Source: Eledone cirrhosa (lineage: Eukaryota). From it: DNA of 64,000 nucleotides. The stretch lies in the NCBI GenBank assembly GCA_964016885.1, contig OZ024746.1, forward strand, positions 71,300,001 through 71,364,000. Direction: 5' to 3'. Positions within the stretch are counted from its first letter, which is position 1; each line of letters begins with the position of its first letter. Below are positions 56,371-64,000 of this stretch, in pieces. Below the pieces are notes generated by a model. That model saw only the letters and a list, made by a program, of their open reading frames with translations, did no database searches and was not told the origin of the DNA. A program made the position numbers and the translations under genes.

Positions 56371-57812
56371 CTAGCAGAATGACCCGGCGTTGCTCGGGCT
56401 TCTAAACATAGATTGCCATGTTTATTCCTCCTTTCTGAAACAGTACAGAGAAGTACGGAATACCTCGGCCTGGGCATGGTGCCTACATTTTGTGCTTAGG
56501 CAGATAATTTTCCATTAAGATTTTTCAAAAGCATGTAATTGCGTTCCCTTTCTTTTTTTTTTTTTTTATGCTGTTGGTGTAATAGCAGCCGTTGGTCGTA
56601 CTACTAACACCGTCTCGTCCTTCTTCAGCCAATCGTGTATATCCCCTTCTGCCTCATCTACCTAACAATGATTGTAGCACCTCCTTGTACACAATGTTCC
56701 TTGGGTATATGCAAAGAGATTTGTCTTGATTCCCACTCTTGAGCAGCCAACGTATAGTGACGAACTTATTCCTAGTTGGTAATTGGTAAAGAAAATAAAA
56801 AATTTTCCGCTTAACGTCAGCGTACGTGATGTTATCATAGGTGTGGGGATATTTTGGCGGGGGTTTTCTAAAAAGATCAACTATTTCTATCTACCGGGGT
56901 TAGTGGAAATGTCTCAAGATATGTTATCAAAAAATTAGTAAATGACACTTACCGATTGAAAAATAAGCCGCTCGTCGGAATGGTAGTCTCAACTGTAATT
57001 GGTAACCTGGGCTGGCTTTCCTCGCTTATGTACCAAGATAGATAGAAATTACCGCTTAACGCCAGCGTGTGTGATTTTTAACATAGGTGTGGGGATATTT
57101 TTTGGCGGGGGCTTTCTAAAAAGATCCACTATTTCTATCTATGTACGTAATGGGGCATATGGCTTGGTACTAACACCAATAATAATGTGTGCAACGGGGG
57201 TAAGTGATTATGTCTCAGGAAGTATTGCAAAAAATATTAAAGCATCTGGGGTATGTGGGAATGTCTCAGGATTGTTAGCCAAAAAATTAGTAAATGACAC
57301 TTACTGATTGAAAAATAAGCTGACCGTCGGTAAGGTATTCTCAAGTGTAATTGTTAAACTGGGCTGGCTTGCCTCGCTTATATTATATATTAAAATAACA
57401 GATTAAAGTTTAAGCAAAGAATCGCTGCTTTCACCCTTAACGGGATCTTCTGAAGCTAAAAAAATTCAGTCTGTGAACGCAGAAGTAAATATTTCGAAAA
57501 ACGTTGCAACCGAAGGAAAACAGGAAAACGATACTTTGGTTCTTGAAAAATGTTTGTCATAATGTCGTAATGCAGACAGCCAGACATACAGACAGATATT
57601 ATAAGGGCGCGACAGAGATCGATAACCGGCGCCTAACACCCCTTTAACAATAGAAAATTGAAAAGTAAAAAGTGCAGTTAATATCTTTAGACCGCAAGGA
57701 ATATATAAATGCAAGTTTGAAGTCAATCGGAGTAGAAATGTGGATTTGTATAGACTTTGCAAAAATTAGGACACACACACACACACACACACACATAGAG
57801 AGACAATTTCAG
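56371..57812 (-). mobile_element. Non-autonomous Helitron with a Pif1-like helicase C-terminal remnant
   Basis: Minus-strand 3' end cccgagcaacgccggg hairpin + CTAG (56398-56371). LYVGCSRVGIKTNLFAY (~56760-56705) resembles the RepHel motif GQLYVA.SRV. Internal duplication 56805-57029 / 57050-57381. Confidence 0.68.
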
Positions 57813-57823
57813 TTATATATACG

Positions 57824-57857
<34 letters not shown>

Positions 57858-58227
57858 TATCCTAGAAACGATCGTTAAATAATGAACTTTTTTTGTTTAA
57901 TATAAGGAATTGTTTATTCATTATTTGTTTAATATTTTATCTTGACTCTGTATACCGTTTATCTTTCACCGAAAGTGATTTTTCATTACATCTCTTCTTT
58001 CCATGATATCCGGAATACATTGAGTTCTTCATACGGATTGGACACTACCGTAAACTCTTGGTAGATTTATCTACATAATTTTGCTCCTATTTTCACGGAA
58101 ATATTCGTATTTTTGTACTGTATGTGTGTATTAATTTTATATTTATGTATATACATATATATGTATGATTTTATAAACCCATATACATTTAGTTGAGCTC
58201 TTTCAATTGTCCATCATCCATATCACA

Positions 58228-58383
58228 ATGGAAAAACAATATTTAGGAACCTCCTTAAAAAACATACCAATACCTTCTAAGGATGACTTCTTACTCCTTA
58301 TGATTCAAAAAACTAATAATTTTATCAGAAGGGTTAGATGGAGAGCCTACCATTTCGATAGAAAATCTAAACAAGCAGATCGG

Positions 58384-58386
<3 letters not shown>
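58228..58386 (+). pseudogene. N-terminal fragment of a Penelope-like element ORF, cut off by (TA)n
   Basis: MEKQYLGTSLKNIPIPSKDDFLLLMIQKTNNFIRRVRWRAYHF resembles, from recall, the SLKNIPIPS...FIKRMRWKAFFF start of invertebrate PLE RT/GIY-YIG proteins. Confidence 0.6.
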
Positions 58387-58429
<43 letters not shown>

Positions 58430-58552
58430 CCACTTACCCCAGATGCTTTAATATTTTTTACAATACTTCCAGAGACATAATCACTTACCCCCGTTGAGTC
58501 CAGAACTAGCCGTCGAAACGGCTTGAGCTCAGCCGTCGGGGTCCTACTCGTT

Positions 58553-58614
<62 letters not shown>

Positions 58615-59384
58615 GCGTGCAGTACTCATGGGCAAACTGCATAGCCTTTCTGCTATTGTCTTTTTCTGGTCTCGTTCTTTTCCTCATTTTTTTTTATCTA
58701 TTTCACCGAAGAAAAACTTCGTCCGAAACGTCAAGATTGTTTATTAATTGGGTTAATCATTATTTAATATAAAAATTGCTTCTATAGGACTAGAACTGTT
58801 TTATTGGTAATATATATACATACTTATATATACAGATATGGATATGATGTTAGTATTTAAAATACTAGTAAGATCATTATTCACTTTGTACTCGTTACTT
58901 TAAATAGAGTATATTTCTGTTATTGCGCGCGTCTGCATGTGTGTGTGCGTGCGTATATGTGTGTGTGCGAGTGTGCGTATTTTGATACACGCAGAGGGCG
59001 CATGCGCAGACTTCGTTGTTTCCAATGTTGCGTCAGTCTGTGACAACATGTTTGTAAATATGTCTGTTTCTCTATGTATGTGTGTGTGTAAATATGTCTA
59101 TCTATGTATGTGTGTATGCGTAAATATGTCTATCTGTCTATGGACGTATGCATGTTTGAGTGTGTGCGTGTGCGTGTGTGTATATCTGCCCGTCAGTGTA
59201 TGTATGTGTATGTGTGTAAAGGTATCTGTCAATGTAACTGCGTGTGTATATATTTGTGTATATGTATGTCTGTGTATATATGCGTGTGTCTATGTTCACC
59301 TTTTGATTAGGTACATACCAAGCTATTGTTAATATATTTATAAACAATTCATAGCCTTATGTATGTATGTGTCTGTATATATAC

Positions 59385-59457
<73 letters not shown>

Positions 59458-59476
59458 AAAGGTAAGCAGAAATAAC

Positions 59477-59534
<58 letters not shown>

Positions 59535-59994
59535 GGTGGGGGTAAATAGAAAGTGAGAGAGAGAGGGAGAGAGAGAGCATGCATATGTGTACGTATTGTC
59601 TGTGTGTATGAGTATGTAAGTGTGCGTGCGCATATGTGTTTCTTTTTCCTTCCTTTCAAATCGTCTGAACATCTGATGAGAACCATACATCTCAAGAATG
59701 AAGCCATTTCTATTTGGCATCCGACTTTGACGGGTGTCTGAGAGATGGCTGACAGCCACAACACTCCACCTATTCCTATACCTACACAGCATACACATCC
59801 ACCTACGCATCCACCCATCCATACGCCCATCTCCCCCCCTCATCCTTCTCTCCGTAGACTAGTATCTATTCCTGTACCGTTAAACATCTCATACACATAA
59901 CCAGTCTATACATGGTATGGTGGCCATTTTGAATCGCCCATCACACATTCTTATGTCCACTATTCCCTGCACGCCGGAGTGACACTTACGCCGT

Positions 59995-60023
59995 AATAAC
60001 AACACCTACTACTACTACCACCA

Positions 60024-60098
<75 letters not shown>

Positions 60099-60186
60099 TC
60101 ACCACTACTACTACTAATACTACCACCACCACCACCACCACCACCACTACTACTACTATTGCTGCTACTACTACCACCACCACCAT

Positions 60187-60264
<78 letters not shown>

Positions 60265-60265
60265 A
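59995..60265. repeat. (TAC)n/(CAC)n microsatellite
   Basis: Direct inspection. Confidence 0.95.
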
Positions 60266-60452
60266 AGTGAACTATAGTAAACTCTTGGTCCTTGCTGAAT
60301 ATACCTCCAAAATGAGTCAAATCTCCCACATAAGTCACACCCTTCCGAGATGAAGCATATTGTGAAGTGATAGAGAAGTGGTGTAAAAAACCGGAGGGAC
60401 ATAAGTATATGTCGGTGGTTTCCAATCTTTTTATTTGCAATCGTTTTATTTA

Positions 60453-60578
60453 AATAATTGTTTCTACTTTAGGCACAAGGCCAGCAATTACCCAGTGCAT
60501 TACTGGTACTTTATTTTATCGACCCCGTAAGGATGAAAGGCAAAGTCAACCTAGGCGGGATTTGAACTCATATCGTAA
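60453..60578 (-). mobile_element. SINE family A 3' part
   Basis: Core and tail match the other copies. Confidence 0.8.
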
Positions 60579-60869
60579 TCTCCCACAGACGCCCACAAAA
60601 ATTACTCCTCTCTCAAATTGTTATACAGTAAAAATAACCGAAAGAAATAAATGTTTATACTCGAAGAAAAATGGATACCCAATAGTGTGAATATAATTGA
60701 TTTTAAACAACATTTGAACTTAGTTCTCGGAACACCAGTACTAGCTTTAAAAAACCTCATGTGTCCATGCGTCACACTTTGAAAACCAGTAGGATAGAGA
60801 GAAACATTAGAGATAAGGCGAGGGGGAGAGAGTGTGTGTGTGTGTATGTGTGTGTGTGAGAGAGAGAGA

Positions 60870-60907
<38 letters not shown>

Positions 60908-61077
60908 GAAAGAAAGAAAGAAAGATGGAAAGAGGGAGAGAGGGAGAGAGAAAGAGAAAGAGAGAGAGAAAAAGTGATATAGGAGAGAAAAAGAGGAATG
61001 TGACCATATGTCAGCCATTTTGTAGACAACAAATTTTCTGATGTAATTTGCGTCGGATTAGTTGGACAACTTATTAA

Positions 61078-61133
<56 letters not shown>

Positions 61134-61158
61134 ATACAAAACACATGTATGTATGTAC

Positions 61159-61214
<56 letters not shown>

Positions 61215-61226
61215 ATATATATGTGC

Positions 61227-61351
<125 letters not shown>

Positions 61352-61360
61352 AATATATAT

Positions 61361-61418
<58 letters not shown>

Positions 61419-62564
61419 GTACATACATACATGTGTTTTGTTTCCTTTAATACCGATTAACTGCTCTATAATGATGTTTGCATACACAGCGCAATCATGT
61501 AATTATATGCACACACGTGGTTAGGGTGTGTAAGCATGGGTGTGTGTATATATGTCTCTGTGTGTGTTTATGTGTGTCGCAAGTATGAATGTGTATGTAT
61601 GGGTGTGTTTTGCTACCCTAATGAATCTCAATTATATATATGTATATATACATATTCACACATATATATCATATATATATATATTTACACACAAACATAT
61701 ATGAAACATTTTATACATGGTTAAAAATAATTATTCATGAGTAGTTTAATGTCTGTATATGTATATATTCAATTATATCAAATAATATATGTATTTTATA
61801 TACTTTCAGTTAAGATTAAACAAGGAAGTATATATATATATATATTACGAGCGCTTAACACTGTTTTCTATGTATTTGTATGTATCAACGCTCTCTCACT
61901 CTCTCTCTATATATATATCTCTCTCTATATATATATAACTCTCTCTCTCTCTCTTTCTTTCTCTCCCTCTCTCCCCCGCTTTTTCTCCCTCGCTCTCTCC
62001 CTCTCTCTCTCTTTCTCTTTCTCTCTCTCTTTGTAAATATATATTTATATTATATATATATATATGTGTGTGTGTGTGTGAGTGTGTGTGTGTCTGTGTG
62101 TCTGTGTGTGTGGGTGTGTGTATGTTTGTGTATGTGTTTGTGTGTTTGTGTCTTGAATATCGGTAAAACATGTAAACATGGGTGAGAAAGTAGAAAAGCC
62201 TGTGTTATTGAGCGAAGTCGTTTACGTTAGTTCTTTGTCACTGATGTTGCTGTCAGAAATGCTAGGAGTTCATGGAGTGGTCGATTGGAAAACTGTAACC
62301 AACAACGCTTTGGTTCAACAACTGTGATGAAGAAACAAATGAAATATGATAAATAAACTATGAGCAAGATTCATAAAAGTATCATGATATAAATTGGAAG
62401 CCATTTTGAATTCTGGGGATATTGAATGTTTCTGATAAAATGGACATTAACAAAAGTACCATCAAATAAATTAGAAGCCATTTTGTTGTGCTTATATAGA
62501 AGAATTATGGGAATATCATGGACAGAACACAATTATGGATTTTAAGAAAAGTATAATGAAATGT

Positions 62565-62780
62565 GTGCGATTCCTCGACTGGGTTGTGTGTTGTGTTCTT
62601 GAACAAAACATTTCATTTCACGCTGCTCCAGTATACTCATCTGAAAATGAGTATCAGCAGAAACTGGGGCGATGGGGGAGGGGGAAGATTAACCCTGCGA
62701 TGGACTAGTGTCATGTCCAGGGGGCAGCCATGTACTCTCAGTCGATTCAGGATAAGCACCAGCCTGGTCGGACAGTCGCG
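62565..62780 (+). mobile_element. SINE family B (CORE-like), head-truncated
   Basis: cgattcctcgactgggttgtgtgttgtgttcttgaacaaaacatttcatttcacgctgctccagtatactca..gaaaatgagta matches 5850-6077. Confidence 0.7.
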
Positions 62781-63227
62781 GCAGACTTTAGACTTAGATA
62801 ATGAAATAAGCCCTTTTGTGACCATATTTCAAATGAGAATATACTGCCTCTGTGTCTAAAGGGTTAATACAAAGAGCATTAAAAAGCTAATTAGACATTT
62901 TATGTTGAAGAAATAACACCATTAATCAGTGATTAATGTCATTATGAAAATTCCCAAAAGTTGGGAAAGCAAACCTGTACGTATTTTCGTTTGCTAACGA
63001 AATTTGTCAAACAATTTTATCTCAGTAAAAACTATTTTTGTTTTGTTAATTGTTGTCTGACCAGATTATTTTAGGCTTACGTAATTAAAGCAGTTGTGTA
63101 ATTTGTTTCGTTATCGCCTGATAAGCCTGTCAACTGCTTATATATATATATATATACATTTTTGTATATACATATGTGTGTGTTTGTATGCATATATATA
63201 CATATATATATACATATATACATACAC

Positions 63228-63280
<53 letters not shown>

Positions 63281-63281
63281 T

Positions 63282-63364
<83 letters not shown>

Positions 63365-64000
63365 TGTATATGTATATGTGTGTGTCTTTGTGTCTGTATA
63401 TATATTTCTAAATACATTTATCAGTAACCACACACCACATTGTTTCTTCTAAATTTTTATTAATTTTTTGCTGTGACCTATTCTATTCTCTCCCTTGTTA
63501 TTATTAACTCTTTTCCTTCCTCCCTCTCCCTTTCTTTCTTTCCCTTCCTTTATCTCCCTTTCTCTCTCTCTCCCACTGATGTAGTTTCCTTCTCTCTCTT
63601 TCCCTCTCCCTCTCACACTCACTTATCCTCTCTTTCTCTGTAGTCTCTCCTCTTTTCCCTGCTCCCGCTGAGGTTAGACGTGTTTTTCTTCGCTGTTAAT
63701 AAGGCCCCGGAATGATGTCTAACCGCTGGTTTAACTTCTTCACTCTTTCTCTGTCAACTGGTTACTTTACATAGATGTGCTGCTCCTCGTGCTTCCACCC
63801 TTTCTATCGGTATGCTTTCTGCGTTTTTCCCTCTTTTTTCCACCTCCGTTTAATTTATTTTCTCTCACTTTCTCTCTCTCCCCAATAACTTACAAAGTTA
63901 TTGACGCACTGGGGATAGACGTATTGTCTTTAATGCGTTGAACATCCGAGACTCCCAGCAGACAACTGAAGAGGGGACCTGTCTCTTGTTTGTGCTTTCC

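Overview
Repeat-saturated, AT-rich eukaryotic DNA with no recognisable intact host gene. The dense (TA)n/(CA)n/(GA)n microsatellites and the two tRNA-derived SINE families suggest a coleoid cephalopod, probably Octopus (inference). Conventional content includes a decayed Tx1/L1-group LINE (1-3378), two R4/Dong-type LINE 3' ends in (TAA)n, RTE fragments, many SINEs, non-autonomous Helitrons, a piggyBac-type MITE and three minisatellites. The notable signal is a set of non-coding elements carrying type I hammerhead ribozymes (HHRs), mostly next to (TA)n tracts. The main one is a 4.4-kb array of apparently identical 310-bp units (44027-48412) with 14 HHRs. Its first ~4.25 units are inverted, and re-inverting them restores an in-register concatemer, as expected for twin-primed reverse transcription of a circular or multimeric ribozyme RNA (retrozyme/Penelope-type). 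Several other HHR-bearing elements, often foldback hairpins, and a Penelope-like ORF N-terminus (58228) lie nearby. Most long ORFs in the track are microsatellite or minisatellite artefacts. All structures were folded by eye.
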